NCBI GenBank assembly: GCA_036375995.1
Contig: DASVBE010000095.1
Location: forward strand, 6,245-70,244
From: Streptosporangiaceae bacterium
Lineage (GTDB): Bacteria > Actinomycetota > Actinomycetes > Streptosporangiales > Streptosporangiaceae
Length of the DNA: 64,000 nt
Direction: 5' to 3'
Of this stretch, positions 33,414 to 42,834 are shown one piece after another. How positions within the stretch are numbered: position 1 is the stretch's first letter; each line of letters starts with the position of its first letter. Both the position numbers and the translations under genes were made by a program. The notes beneath the pieces are model-generated. The model saw only the letters and a list, made by a program, of their open reading frames with translations. It was not told the DNA's origin and did no database searches.

Positions 33414-34166
33414 ATGACTGGAGTAGCTGTCGTGACCGGGGCCAGCAGCGGGATCGGGGCGGCCACTGCGGTCCGGCTGGCCGAGGCCGGCTACCACGTG
33501 GTGGCCGCGGCCCGGCGGTCGGACCGGATCGAGGCGCTGGCCGAGCAGATCCGCGGCAAGGGCGGCCGGGCCGAGGCCAGGACGCTGGACGTGACCGACC
33601 GGGCCGCGGTGGACGCGCTGGCCGCCTCGCTCGACCGCTGCGATGTGCTGGTCGCCAACGCGGGCGGAGCGGTGGGCGGCGACCAGATCGCGGACGGGTC
33701 GCCGGACGACTGGCGAGCCATGTACGAGGTGAATGTGCTCGGCACGCTGCACGTCACCCAGGCTCTGCTGCCCGCGCTGGTGGCCAGCGGGGCGGGCACG
33801 GTCGTGGTGATGGGATCGACAGCCGGGTTCGTGGCGTACGAGGGCGGCGGCGGGTACGTCGCGGCCAAGCACGGTGCGCACGCGCTGGCCGCCACGCTGC
33901 GGCTGGAGCTCTACGACAAGCCGGTCCGGGTGATCGAGATCGCGCCCGGCATGGTGAAGACCGACGAGTTCGCGCTGAACCGCTTCCGCGGCGACGCCGG
34001 CAAGGCCGCGGCGGTCTACGCCGGGGTGGCCGAGCCGCTCACCGCCGACGACGTGGCCGACGCGGTGACCTGGGCGGTGACCAGGCCCGCGCACTTCAAC
34101 GTGGACCTGATGGTGATCCGGCCGCGGGCCCAGGCGGCCCAGCACAAGGTGTACCGCGAGGGATAG
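33414..34166 (+). CDS. SDR-family oxidoreductase
   Basis: ATG at 33414. TGASSGIGAATA cofactor motif, catalytic YVAAKHG (YxxxK), ...NAGG... Confidence 0.88.
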   Translation: MTGVAVVTGASSGIGAATAVRLAEAGYHVVAAARRSDRIEALAEQIRGKGGRAEARTLDVTDRAAVDALAASLDRCDVLVANAGGAVGGDQIADGSPDDWRAMYEVNVLGTLHVTQALLPALVASGAGTVVVMGSTAGFVAYEGGGGYVAAKHGAHALAATLRLELYDKPVRVIEIAPGMVKTDEFALNRFRGDAGKAAAVYAGVAEPLTADDVADAVTWAVTRPAHFNVDLMVIRPRAQAAQHKVYREG

Positions 34167-34185
34167 CCGGTGCAGGAGTAGCCGG

Positions 34186-35460
34186 TTACGGCCCGGCGAA
34201 GACCTGACGGCCCGCGATCCAGGTCGCCCGGGTCCGCAGGTCGTCGCCCAGCCAGGCCAGGTCGGCGGCGGCCCCGGGGGCGAGCCGGCCCAGCCAGGGG
34301 CAGCCGATCAGGTCCGCGGGCACCCGGGTGGCGGCGGTGACCGCGGTGGGCAGCGGCACGCCGATGGCCACCAGGTTCGCCACCGCCTGGTCCAGCCGCA
34401 GCGCGGAGCCGGCCAGCGTGCCGTCGGCCCGTACCGGCGCCGGGACCACGTCCGGCAGTGCCGGACCCGGGGCTGGGTCCGCGTCCGGGTTCGGGCCCGG
34501 GCCTGCGGGTGCGCCGGGCGGCGGCCCGGCCAGGCCGAGCGGCGGGGCGTCGTGCATCTCGACCGGCTCGCCGCCCAGGCGGTGGCGGCGGCCCGGCGGC
34601 TGACCCGCGCTGGCCACCGCGTCGGTGACCAGGAAGATCCGGCCCGGGGCCGTGGCGAACGCGATCAGGCAGGCGGCCGCGGACACGTGCCGCAGGTCCG
34701 CGATCAGCCCGCTGGTCAGCCGGGGGTCGGTGAGCGCCTGGCCGACCACGCCGGGTTCCCGGTGCCGCAACGGCGACTGGGCGTTGTACAGGTGGGTGAC
34801 CATCCGCGCGCCGGCCTGCGCCGCCGCGCTGACCTGGGCCGCGGTCGCATCGCTGTGGCCCACGCTGACCCGCACCCCGGCCGCGGCCAGCCGCGCCACG
34901 GCGTCAAGCCCGCCGGGCGTCTCCGGGGCCAGCGTGACCACGGCCAGCGCCGGGCCCGCGGCTTCCATCAGCATGGTGACCGCGTCCGGCGACGGCGGGA
35001 TGATCGCGTCGGCCTGGTGCGCGCCGCGCCGGGACGGCGCCAGGAACGGGCCCTCCAGGTGCAGGCCGAGCACCCGGGCCCCGCCCGGCGGCAGGCCGTC
35101 GATGATGGCCGCCGCGGACCGGGCCGCGGCGGCCAGGTCCGGCAGCGGCGCGGTGATCAGCGTGGGCAGGTACGCGGTGGTCCCGGTCTCGGGCAGCCGC
35201 CGGCTGACCGCCGCCCAGCGGTCCGCGCCCGCGTCCTGGAAGCTGACCCCGAAGTACCCGTTGATCTGCAGGTCGACCAGGCCGGGCACGAGCACCCCGT
35301 GGTCCAGCGCCAGGCTGGGCCGGCGCGGCGGCGGGCCCTGGCCCACCTCGGTGATCACCCCGCCGGTCACGTCCACGTACCCGGGGGTGAGGACCGCCAC
35401 GGCCGGCCCGGCGAGCGGGCCCGCGGTGGCCGGGATGACCCGGGGCGCGGAGATCAGCAT
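34186..35460 (-). CDS. N-acetylglucosamine-6-phosphate deacetylase-like amidohydrolase
   Basis: ...PGLVDLQINGYFGV...LGLHLEGPFL...SVGHSDA...THLYNA... NagA-type motifs. Contains a Pro-rich insertion (...GPPPGAPAGPGPNPDADPAPGP...). Confidence 0.75.
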   Translation of the reverse strand: MLISAPRVIPATAGPLAGPAVAVLTPGYVDVTGGVITEVGQGPPPRRPSLALDHGVLVPGLVDLQINGYFGVSFQDAGADRWAAVSRRLPETGTTAYLPTLITAPLPDLAAAARSAAAIIDGLPPGGARVLGLHLEGPFLAPSRRGAHQADAIIPPSPDAVTMLMEAAGPALAVVTLAPETPGGLDAVARLAAAGVRVSVGHSDATAAQVSAAAQAGARMVTHLYNAQSPLRHREPGVVGQALTDPRLTSGLIADLRHVSAAACLIAFATAPGRIFLVTDAVASAGQPPGRRHRLGGEPVEMHDAPPLGLAGPPPGAPAGPGPNPDADPAPGPALPDVVPAPVRADGTLAGSALRLDQAVANLVAIGVPLPTAVTAATRVPADLIGCPWLGRLAPGAAADLAWLGDDLRTRATWIAGRQVFAGP

Positions 35461-35490
35461 GGGCTGGCCAGCGTAACGCGGCCGCCGGGC

Positions 35491-36489
35491 TCAGCCCGCT
35501 CCCCCCGCCCCGGCCAGCCCGGTCACGGTCCGCCGCGCGGCGGACCGCTGCGCCCTGGCGACCGAGCTGAGCAGGGCCCGCATCTCCCTGGCCACCCAGG
35601 TGGACCGCTCCATCATCGCGACATGCCCGGTCTGCGGCAGCACCACGACCCGGGCGCGCTGGAACGTCCGGGCTGCCCGGCCGGCCAGGGCCGAGCGGAC
35701 CAGCCGGTCGTGGCTGCCGTACAGCACCAGCGTGGGCGCGCTGATCCGGGCCGCGTCCCGCCACAGCGAGCGCGGGCCGTGCCGGGTGTACTCGGCGACC
35801 AGGCCGCGGGCGGACGCGACCATCACCGCGTGCCGGTAGTCGAGTTCGTCCCGGCGCATCACCTCGGCGGCCGCCTCGGCGTACCTGACCGGGTGGATCA
35901 GGGACGGGTCCGCGTACACGTCCTTGACCACGGTGGCCGTCCTGACCTCGGCGGGGATCAGGTCGAACCGGCGCAGCAGCCAGGCCCCCAGGCCGGGCGC
36001 GCAGAGCACGGAGACCCGCAGCGGCAGCGGCCGCGGCCACAGGTCGGGCAGCGCGGGCGAGATCAGCGTCAGCGTGCGGATCAGGTCCGGGCGCAGCGCG
36101 GCGACCCGGGTGCAGACCGCGCCGCCGAGCGAGTTGCCGACCAGGTGCACCGGCCAGTTATGGCGCTGCTCGATCAGCCCGATGACGGACCGGGCCCGGC
36201 CGGTGACCGAGTAATCGCCGTCGGCCGGCACCGGCGAGTAGCCGAATCCCGGCAGGTCAAGCGCCTCCCCGTGGAGTGCGGGCAGGTCCGGCTTGCTGCC
36301 GCCCGCGGCCGGGCGGCGGAGCACATCCATCAGGTCGGTCCAGTTGGTGCTCGCCCCGCCCAGGCCGTGCACGAACACCGCGGGCTGAGCGTTCTCGGAC
36401 AGGGCGGGCGCGGACCGCACGAAGACACTGCCACCGTCCGGCAATCCGACGAACTCCCCTGGCCAGACCGGAACCGGCTCGGTCGTCAT
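35491..36489 (-). CDS. Alpha/beta hydrolase
   Basis: ...VFVHGLGGASTNW... and nucleophile elbow HLVGNSLGGAV. 332 aa. Confidence 0.82.
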   Translation of the reverse strand: MTTEPVPVWPGEFVGLPDGGSVFVRSAPALSENAQPAVFVHGLGGASTNWTDLMDVLRRPAAGGSKPDLPALHGEALDLPGFGYSPVPADGDYSVTGRARSVIGLIEQRHNWPVHLVGNSLGGAVCTRVAALRPDLIRTLTLISPALPDLWPRPLPLRVSVLCAPGLGAWLLRRFDLIPAEVRTATVVKDVYADPSLIHPVRYAEAAAEVMRRDELDYRHAVMVASARGLVAEYTRHGPRSLWRDAARISAPTLVLYGSHDRLVRSALAGRAARTFQRARVVVLPQTGHVAMMERSTWVAREMRALLSSVARAQRSAARRTVTGLAGAGGAG

Positions 36490-36580
36490 CCAGATACCCC
36501 TTGTTCATCCCCGCTTGGCTGATGCCGAGCCTAACTCCGGAAACCGGGGGTGCGTCCAGGTCAGCCGGCCTCCTCAGCCG

Positions 36581-37507
36581 TCAGGCGCTGGCCCGGCGGC
36601 GGGTCCGGCGCCGGTCGGGGGCGGCCTGCTCCTCGTCGGCCGCCGCCTTGGCCGCCGCGGGCTTCGTGGTCCGGCCGGTCCTGGACGGGCTGGCCGCCTT
36701 GCCCGGGCCGTCGGCGCGGCCGCGGCCGGACCGGCCGTCCTTGGCCGCGGCGATGCTGGCCTTCAGCGCGTCGGCCAGGCTGACCGGCTCGTCGTCGGCC
36801 GCCTTGCCGTTCTGCGGCTGGATCACGTCGCGGCCCTCGACCTTGGCCTCGACCAGCTCGGTCAGCGCTTCCCTGTACCCGTCGTGGTGGGCTTCCGGGT
36901 CGAAATCCTGGCTCATCGAGTCGATCAGCGAGGCGGCCATCTTCAGTTCCTGGGTGCGGACGTTGATGTCCTGCTCGAGGAAACCGAAGTCGGGAACCCG
37001 GACCTCGTCCGGCCACAGCAGCGTCTCCAGCACCAGGACCCCGTCCCGGCTGCGCAGCACGGCCAGCGATTCCCGCTGGCGCAGCGCCACCTGCACGACG
37101 GCGACCTTGCCCGACCGCTCCATGGCGTCGCGCAGGAGCACGTAGGCCCGGGCGCCGGAGTTCTCCGGCTCGACGAAGTAGCTGCGGGCCAGCAGGATCG
37201 GGTCGATGTCGGTCTCGGGCGCGAAGTAGAGCACCTCGATGCTGCGCAGGGTGGGCAGCGGCAGGTCGGCCATGTCGTCGTCGGTCAGCACCACGATCTC
37301 GCCGCTGGGCAGCTCGAAGCCCTTGGCGATGTCCTCGTAGGGCACTTCCTCGCCGTCCAGCGAGCAGACCCGGCGGAACCGGATCCGGCCGCCGTCCTCG
37401 CGGTGGACCTGACGGAACGTGATGTCCTTCTGCTCGGTCGCGGTGTACAGCTTGACCGGGATGGTGACCAGGCCGAAGGAGATCGAGCCCTTCCACATGC
37501 TGCGCAT
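36581..37507 (-). CDS. ku: Non-homologous end joining protein Ku
   Basis: MRSMWKGSISFGLVTIPVKLYTAT...ITFRQVH... Ku core, followed by a basic Lys/Arg/Ala-rich C-terminal tail. Confidence 0.92.
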   Translation of the reverse strand: MRSMWKGSISFGLVTIPVKLYTATEQKDITFRQVHREDGGRIRFRRVCSLDGEEVPYEDIAKGFELPSGEIVVLTDDDMADLPLPTLRSIEVLYFAPETDIDPILLARSYFVEPENSGARAYVLLRDAMERSGKVAVVQVALRQRESLAVLRSRDGVLVLETLLWPDEVRVPDFGFLEQDINVRTQELKMAASLIDSMSQDFDPEAHHDGYREALTELVEAKVEGRDVIQPQNGKAADDEPVSLADALKASIAAAKDGRSGRGRADGPGKAASPSRTGRTTKPAAAKAAADEEQAAPDRRRTRRRASA

Positions 37508-37555
37508 GGTGACTCCCTACCCGGTCGCGGTGCTGATACCAGCAGTGTTGCCCGG

Positions 37556-37574
37556 ATTGCCGTGATCAGGCAAT
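37556..37574. promoter_or_regulatory. 19-bp perfect palindrome ATTGCCGTGATCAGGCAAT in the ku/TetR divergent intergenic region
   Basis: Read directly. Lies 49 bp from the ku ATG and 113 bp from the TetR start. Candidate operator. Confidence 0.45.
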
Positions 37575-37686
37575 TTGGGGTTGCGGGCGGAACGGGCCGT
37601 CCGCGGGCCGGATGCCGAAGCCGGTCCAGCTACCCGCCGTAAGATAAACAAGGTTCCGGCCCATCCGACGAGTCGGGGAGACAGGT

Positions 37687-38310
37687 GTGAGCGCAACGCG
37701 GCAGGCCCGCCCAGCAGGCTCGCGGCTGCCTCGGCAGGCCCGCCGACGGCAGTTGCTCGGCGCGGCCCAGGAAGTGTTCGTTGCGCAGGGCTACCACGCA
37801 GCGGCCATGGACGACATCGCCGACCGCGCCGGGGTCAGCAAGCCCGTGCTGTACCAGCACTTCCCCGGCAAGCTCGAGCTCTACCTGGCGCTGCTGGACG
37901 AGAGCGCGGAGAAGCTCACCGCGATCGTCCGCGACGCGCTGTCCTCCACCACCGAGAACCGGGAGCGGGTGCCCGCCACGTTCCGGGCGTTCTTCGACTT
38001 CGTCGGCGACGAGGGCGAGGCGTTCCGGCTGGTGTTCGAGTCAGACCTGAGCAACGAGCCCGCGGTGCGGGCCAGGCTGGAGCGCAGCACGCACGAGTGC
38101 GCCAGCATGATCAGCCAGTTCATACGCGAAGACGCGGGCGTCGGCGAGGCCGAGGCGTACCTGCTCGGCATCGCGCTGGCCGGGATGGCCCAGGTCAGCT
38201 CCCGGTACTGGCTGAGCACCGGACGGGCGATCCCGCAGGATGCGGCCGAGCAGCTGCTGGCCCGCCTGGCCTGGCGAGGCATCAGCGGCTGGCCGATGAC
38301 CGAGCGCTGA
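37687..38310 (+). CDS. TetR-family transcriptional regulator
   Basis: GTG start. ...RRRQLLGAAQEVFVAQGYHAAAMDDIADRAGVSKPVLYQHFPGK... The pairing with a DUF3107 gene is conserved in actinobacteria. Confidence 0.9.
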   Translation: MSATRQARPAGSRLPRQARRRQLLGAAQEVFVAQGYHAAAMDDIADRAGVSKPVLYQHFPGKLELYLALLDESAEKLTAIVRDALSSTTENRERVPATFRAFFDFVGDEGEAFRLVFESDLSNEPAVRARLERSTHECASMISQFIREDAGVGEAEAYLLGIALAGMAQVSSRYWLSTGRAIPQDAAEQLLARLAWRGISGWPMTER

Positions 38311-38417
38311 GCCGCGGCCGGAGTGGCGTTTCGCTCGCGGCGTAGCTGATCGAAGGCGGACGGGAGTCTCCCGGCCACGGACCGGGGTTAGCCTCGAAAC
38401 GAGGCGAGAGGAGTGCC

Positions 38418-38639
38418 GTGGAAGTCAAGATCGGTATCCAGAACGTGGCCCGGGAGCTCGTGGTCGAAACCACCACGACGTACGAGGAAGTCGAGGCCGC
38501 CCTGGCCGCGGCGGTGAAGGCCGAGGCGGGCATCTTCATCCTGCAGGACGAGAAGGGCCGCCGGGTCATGGTGCCGGCCGACAAGATCGCTTACGTCGAG
38601 TACTCCGGCTCCGAGTCCCGCCGCGTCGGCTTCGGCTGA
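38418..38639 (+). CDS. DUF3107 protein (TB9.4-like)
   Basis: MEVKIGIQNVARELVVETTTTYEEVEAAL...ILQDEKGRRVMVPADKIAYVEY... GAGAGGAG upstream of the GTG. Confidence 0.88.
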   Translation: MEVKIGIQNVARELVVETTTTYEEVEAALAAAVKAEAGIFILQDEKGRRVMVPADKIAYVEYSGSESRRVGFG

Positions 38640-38845
38640 GCAGAGAGTCATCCCGATCCTGGCTAAGCCTTAACCGCCGGCGCAGCCGGCCCACCGAGGG
38701 ACGGCCGGCGGAGCCAGCAGTACTGGCTCGTGGCGGGCCGCGGCGCTGTTTTCCTGACGAGCGATGAGGCGCGACGAAGGAGCGCCGAGGGAGCGAGGAG
38801 GGAAGGCAGCGCCTTCCAGCGGCCTGGAGCGAGCGGCTAGCACAG

Positions 38846-39577
38846 CTAGGGTTCCAGGCCCAGGGCAGCCATCCGGCGGGCGTGGGCGTCGGTGAGGTCG
38901 GCGAACATCCGGCCTATGTCGCCCAGGCTGGCCGAGCCGCCGGTGAGCAGCCGGGCCAGCGGGGCGCGCTCGGCGGCCACCCGCTGCGCCTGGCCGAGCG
39001 CTTCGCCGACCAGGCGGCGTGCCCACAGCGCGAGCCGTCCGGCCACCCGGGGGTCGGCCTCGATCGCCGCCCGGACCCGGGCTATGACGAATCCGGCGTA
39101 CCCGGTGTCCGCCAGCACGTCGGCGACCAGGGCCTTGGTCTCCGGGTCCAGCAGGCCGGCGACCTGGCCGTAGAAGTCGGCCGCCACCCCGGCGCCTACG
39201 TACGCCTTGACCAGGCCCTCCAGCCAGTCAGCCGGCACGGTGCGGGCGTGGAACGCGTCGATCGCGGCCATGAACGGCTGCATGGCCAGGGCGGGATCCG
39301 CGGCGGACCGCTCGATCCGCGCCCGGGCCAGCTGGAAGTGCCCGAACTCGGCCACCGCCAGGCCGGCCAGGGCCGCCTTGTCGTCGATTGACTCGGCCAG
39401 CGCCGCATCTTCCGACATCCGGAAGAACGCCGTCAGCGAGCCGTAGGCGAGAAGCCCCAGCAGGTCGATGACCCCATCGGCGGCAGGCGCCGGGATGTCT
39501 GCAGCCGTCACGCTGGCAGCGTAACAACGGGACGCCCCGCCGAGGGCCCGCGCGCGCAGCAGGCCTGCGCCGATCAC
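38846..39577 (-). CDS. Ferritin-like fold protein
   Basis: 243-aa helical ORF (...LLGLLAYGSLTAFFRMSEDAA...AVAEFGHFQL...). Conserved neighbour of the DUF3107/DEAD-box locus. Start may be internal. Confidence 0.65.
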   Translation of the reverse strand: MIGAGLLRARALGGASRCYAASVTAADIPAPAADGVIDLLGLLAYGSLTAFFRMSEDAALAESIDDKAALAGLAVAEFGHFQLARARIERSAADPALAMQPFMAAIDAFHARTVPADWLEGLVKAYVGAGVAADFYGQVAGLLDPETKALVADVLADTGYAGFVIARVRAAIEADPRVAGRLALWARRLVGEALGQAQRVAAERAPLARLLTGGSASLGDIGRMFADLTDAHARRMAALGLEP

Positions 39578-39871
39578 GCTTTGCTAGACTGCCGGTATCC
39601 GCTGCAGGAATGCGGTAAGCCCCCGGGCGCGTTCTTGTGGATGTCGTGAACTTTGTGACAGCTGGCACGGTGTCCGCCGGAAGCCGGTGATTGCTCAGGT
39701 GCCACTACCGGCACCCTCCGCGAGCATCCGGCCCGCGCCGCGCCAGGGCTGGCAGGCCCATTCTGCCAGCGGAGACTTGTGCTTAACCCGCGCTGGAGAC
39801 GCCGGGCGCGCCAATGCGCCCAGCGGCCGCGGGCCCACTGATGGAGGCTGGAAGCCCTGACTACCGAGATA

Positions 39872-41665
39872 GTGCATAACGTGCCGGGCGAGGACCCGGC
39901 ACTTCCCGACAATCCGACCGCCGGCGGCCCCGCCGCCGATGAGCTCAGCGGTTTCGCGCCGCCGAGCGACACCGCTGACCTGACCCCGGCCACCAGCCAC
40001 GGCACCGCCCTGGTGACCGTCGTGACCGCCCGGGCGGCGGCACCGGACGCCGCAGTACCCCCCGTGCCCGCCCAGCCGGCCGAGCAGACCTTCGCCGAGC
40101 TCGGGGTGACCGAGGGCATCTGCGCCGCGCTGGCCGACGCCGGGATCCTCACCGCGTTCCCGATCCAGTCGCTGGCCCTGCCCATCGCGCTGGCCGGCCA
40201 GGACATCATCGGCCAGGCCCGCACCGGCACCGGCAAGACCCTGGCCTTCGGCATCCCGCTGATCGAGCAACTGAGCCGGTCCGGCACCCGGACGCCGAAG
40301 GCGCCACGGGCGCTGGTCGTGGTGCCGACCCGGGAGCTGGCCATCCAGGTCGCCGAGGACCTGCGCACCGCCGGGGCCCGGTCCGGCCTCCGCGTGGTGA
40401 CGCTGTACGGCGGCCGCGCCTACGAGCCGCAGATCGAAGCGCTGGCCTCGGTCGACATCGTGGTCAGCACCCCGGGCCGGCTGCTCGACCTGGAGCGGCA
40501 GCGCCACCTGGACCTGTCCCAGACCGGCGCGCTGGTGCTGGACGAGGCCGACAAGATGCTCGACCTGGGTTTCCTGCCGGACGTCGAGCGGATCCTGCGG
40601 CTTACCCCGCCGAACCGGCAGACCATGCTGTTCTCCGCCACGATGCCCGGCGAAATTGTCACCCTGGCCCGGCGGCATCTGCGCCGGCCCACGCACGTGC
40701 GGGCCGAGCAGCACGACGAGCCGGCCAGCGTGCCCACCACCGAGCAGCACGTGTTCCGCGCCCACCAGATGGACAAGATCGAGGTGCTGGCCCGGCTGCT
40801 GCAGGCCGAGGGCCGTGGCCTGACGATCGTGTTCTGCCGGACCAAGAGGTCCGCCGACCAGGTGGCCGGGGCACTGACCACGCGCGGCTTCGCCGCCGCG
40901 GCGGTGCACGGCGACCTGGGCCAGGGCCAGCGCGAGCGAGCTATGCGGGCGTTCCGCAACGGCAAGGTCGACGTGCTGGTGGCCACCGACGTGGCCGCCC
41001 GAGGCCTGGACGTCGACGACGTCACGCACGTGGTGAACTACGAGTGCCCCGAGGACGACAAGGCTTACCTGCACCGGATCGGCCGGACCGGCCGGGCCGG
41101 CCGGTCCGGCGTGGCGGTCACCTTCGTGGACTGGCACGACCTGCAGCGGTGGAAGCTGATCAGCGACACCCTCGGGCTCGACAAGCCGGAGCCCGCGGAG
41201 ACCTACTCGACCTCCGATCACCTGTTCAGCGCGCTGAACATCCCGGCCGGCGTGACCGGCGTGCTGCCCCGCGCCCAGCGGGAGAGGGCCGGCCTGGACG
41301 CCGAGGAACTCGAGGACATCGGCGAGACCGGGAAGACCCGGTCGCAGGCCGGGCATGGCAGCGGGCACGACCGTGGCGGTCGCGGCGGCCGCGGCGCAGA
41401 CGGCGGCCGGGAGCCGGTCCGGCGCAGCAGCCGGGTCCGGCGCCGGACCCGGGGCGGCGCGCCGCTGACCGGCCACGGCGACGGGGACGACAGCACGTCT
41501 TCGCCGGCGGCGGACGGCAACGTCACGGTGGCGGCCGGGGAGCCGGCCAGGCCCGGGGCGGGCGCCGACGGCCAGGCCGCCCCGGCGCGGCGCCGCCGTC
41601 GCCGGCCGCGCGGCTCCGGGTCCCGCCCGGCCAGTGCGCCCCAGCCCAGTGGTGACATTCAGTAA
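39872..41665 (+). CDS. DEAD-box ATP-dependent RNA helicase (RhlE-like) with disordered N- and C-terminal tails
   Basis: Q-motif ...TFAELGV...FPIQ, Walker A AQARTGTGKT, DEAD (VLDEADKMLD), SAT, HRIGRTGRAG. Arg/Gly-rich C-tail. 294-nt hairpin-rich upstream region. Confidence 0.92.
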   Translation: MHNVPGEDPALPDNPTAGGPAADELSGFAPPSDTADLTPATSHGTALVTVVTARAAAPDAAVPPVPAQPAEQTFAELGVTEGICAALADAGILTAFPIQSLALPIALAGQDIIGQARTGTGKTLAFGIPLIEQLSRSGTRTPKAPRALVVVPTRELAIQVAEDLRTAGARSGLRVVTLYGGRAYEPQIEALASVDIVVSTPGRLLDLERQRHLDLSQTGALVLDEADKMLDLGFLPDVERILRLTPPNRQTMLFSATMPGEIVTLARRHLRRPTHVRAEQHDEPASVPTTEQHVFRAHQMDKIEVLARLLQAEGRGLTIVFCRTKRSADQVAGALTTRGFAAAAVHGDLGQGQRERAMRAFRNGKVDVLVATDVAARGLDVDDVTHVVNYECPEDDKAYLHRIGRTGRAGRSGVAVTFVDWHDLQRWKLISDTLGLDKPEPAETYSTSDHLFSALNIPAGVTGVLPRAQRERAGLDAEELEDIGETGKTRSQAGHGSGHDRGGRGGRGADGGREPVRRSSRVRRRTRGGAPLTGHGDGDDSTSSPAADGNVTVAAGEPARPGAGADGQAAPARRRRRRPRGSGSRPASAPQPSGDIQ

Positions 41666-41778
41666 CAACCGCAGTCAGTGATGAGCCGGTCGCGGGGCGC
41701 TGAAATCCGGGTGATATCTGCGGATTCTGGTGCATCCACCGGCATTATCTGCCGGTTCGGCGGGTAAGCTGCGCACCC

Positions 41779-42834
41779 GTGAGCACTCCACGGGCGCTCG
41801 ATCTGCCCGACCGAGTACGGAAGGTCACGATCGAGACCGGCCGGGGGTCCTTCGCCGCCCTGGAGGCCATGCCCGGCCGCGGGGTCTGCGAGCGGCGGCC
41901 CGCCGTGCTGGTGCCTGGCTATACCGGCAGCAAGGAAGATTTCCTCGCCGTGCTGCAGCCGCTGGCCGCGGCCGGCCGCCGGGTGGTGGCCATCGACCTG
42001 CGCGGCCAGTACGAGACCGCGGCGGCGGCCAGCCCGGCGGGGTACGCGCCGGACGCGCTGGCCGCCGACGTCATCGCGGTGGCCGCCGAGGTCAGCCAGC
42101 AGGACGGCGGCGTGCACCTGGTCGGCCACTCGTTCGGCGGGCTGATTGCCCGGCAGGCGGCGCTGGCCCCGGGACCCGGGTTCTGCTCGCTGACGCTGCT
42201 CGGCTCGGGCCCGGCCGGCCTGAGTGGAGCGCGGGCCGAGGCGGTCCAGTCCCTGCTGGCCCAGCTCACCGGGGACCGGCCAGAGCAGCTCCCGCAGCGG
42301 ATCGCCCAGATCTGGGAGCACCACCTGGAGCCGCAGGCAACCGCCGAGGGCGTGCCCATGCCGATCATCGGCTTCCTGCGCGACCGGCTGATCCGGACCA
42401 GCGCGGCAGGCCTGATCGCGATGGGCGAGTACCTGCTGGCCGCGCCGGACCGGACCGCCGCGCTGGCCGAGCTGAGCAGCGCGCCGGTGCTCGTGCTGTA
42501 CGGAGAGAACGACGACGCCTGGCCGCCTGAGGTACAGGACCAGATGGCCAAGCGGCTCGGCGCGGAGCGGGTATGCATCCCGGCGGCCGCGCATTCACCC
42601 GCGGTGGAGGCCCCGGAGACCACGGCCGGCACGCTGACCGCGTTCTGGAACTCGGCCGAGGCCGCGGACCGGCGCCGCCGGGCCGGTTCCGATCAGGAGC
42701 CCGCCGGCGGGGCGTCCGCGGCGTCCTCCGGGCGGGCCGGGGCTGGCACCGATGGGGCCGGCAACGGCGGAGCGGGCCGGGCCGGGTCCGGCCGGGTGAA
42801 CTCGTCGGCCAGCCCGTCCCACGGCCGTCGCTGA
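41779..42834 (+). CDS. Alpha/beta hydrolase
   Basis: ...VLVPGYTGSKEDF... and nucleophile elbow HLVGHSFGGLIA. Low-complexity C-terminal tail of about 60 aa. Confidence 0.8.
   Translation: MSTPRALDLPDRVRKVTIETGRGSFAALEAMPGRGVCERRPAVLVPGYTGSKEDFLAVLQPLAAAGRRVVAIDLRGQYETAAAASPAGYAPDALAADVIAVAAEVSQQDGGVHLVGHSFGGLIARQAALAPGPGFCSLTLLGSGPAGLSGARAEAVQSLLAQLTGDRPEQLPQRIAQIWEHHLEPQATAEGVPMPIIGFLRDRLIRTSAAGLIAMGEYLLAAPDRTAALAELSSAPVLVLYGENDDAWPPEVQDQMAKRLGAERVCIPAAAHSPAVEAPETTAGTLTAFWNSAEAADRRRRAGSDQEPAGGASAASSGRAGAGTDGAGNGGAGRAGSGRVNSSASPSHGRR

Noticed and set aside
36581-37507. A Ku-LigD NHEJ operon.
   Set aside because: No LigD-like ligase, polymerase or phosphoesterase gene is adjacent; the neighbours are an alpha/beta hydrolase and a TetR regulator. 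A stand-alone ku is common and not notable by itself.
39578-39871. Hairpin-rich 294-nt region upstream of the DEAD-box helicase, as a specific RNA element.
   Set aside because: Several 6-7-bp stems are visible (GGTGCC/GGCACC, CTGGCAG/CTGCCAG). Long structured leaders are usual for such helicase genes, and I cannot match a known motif.
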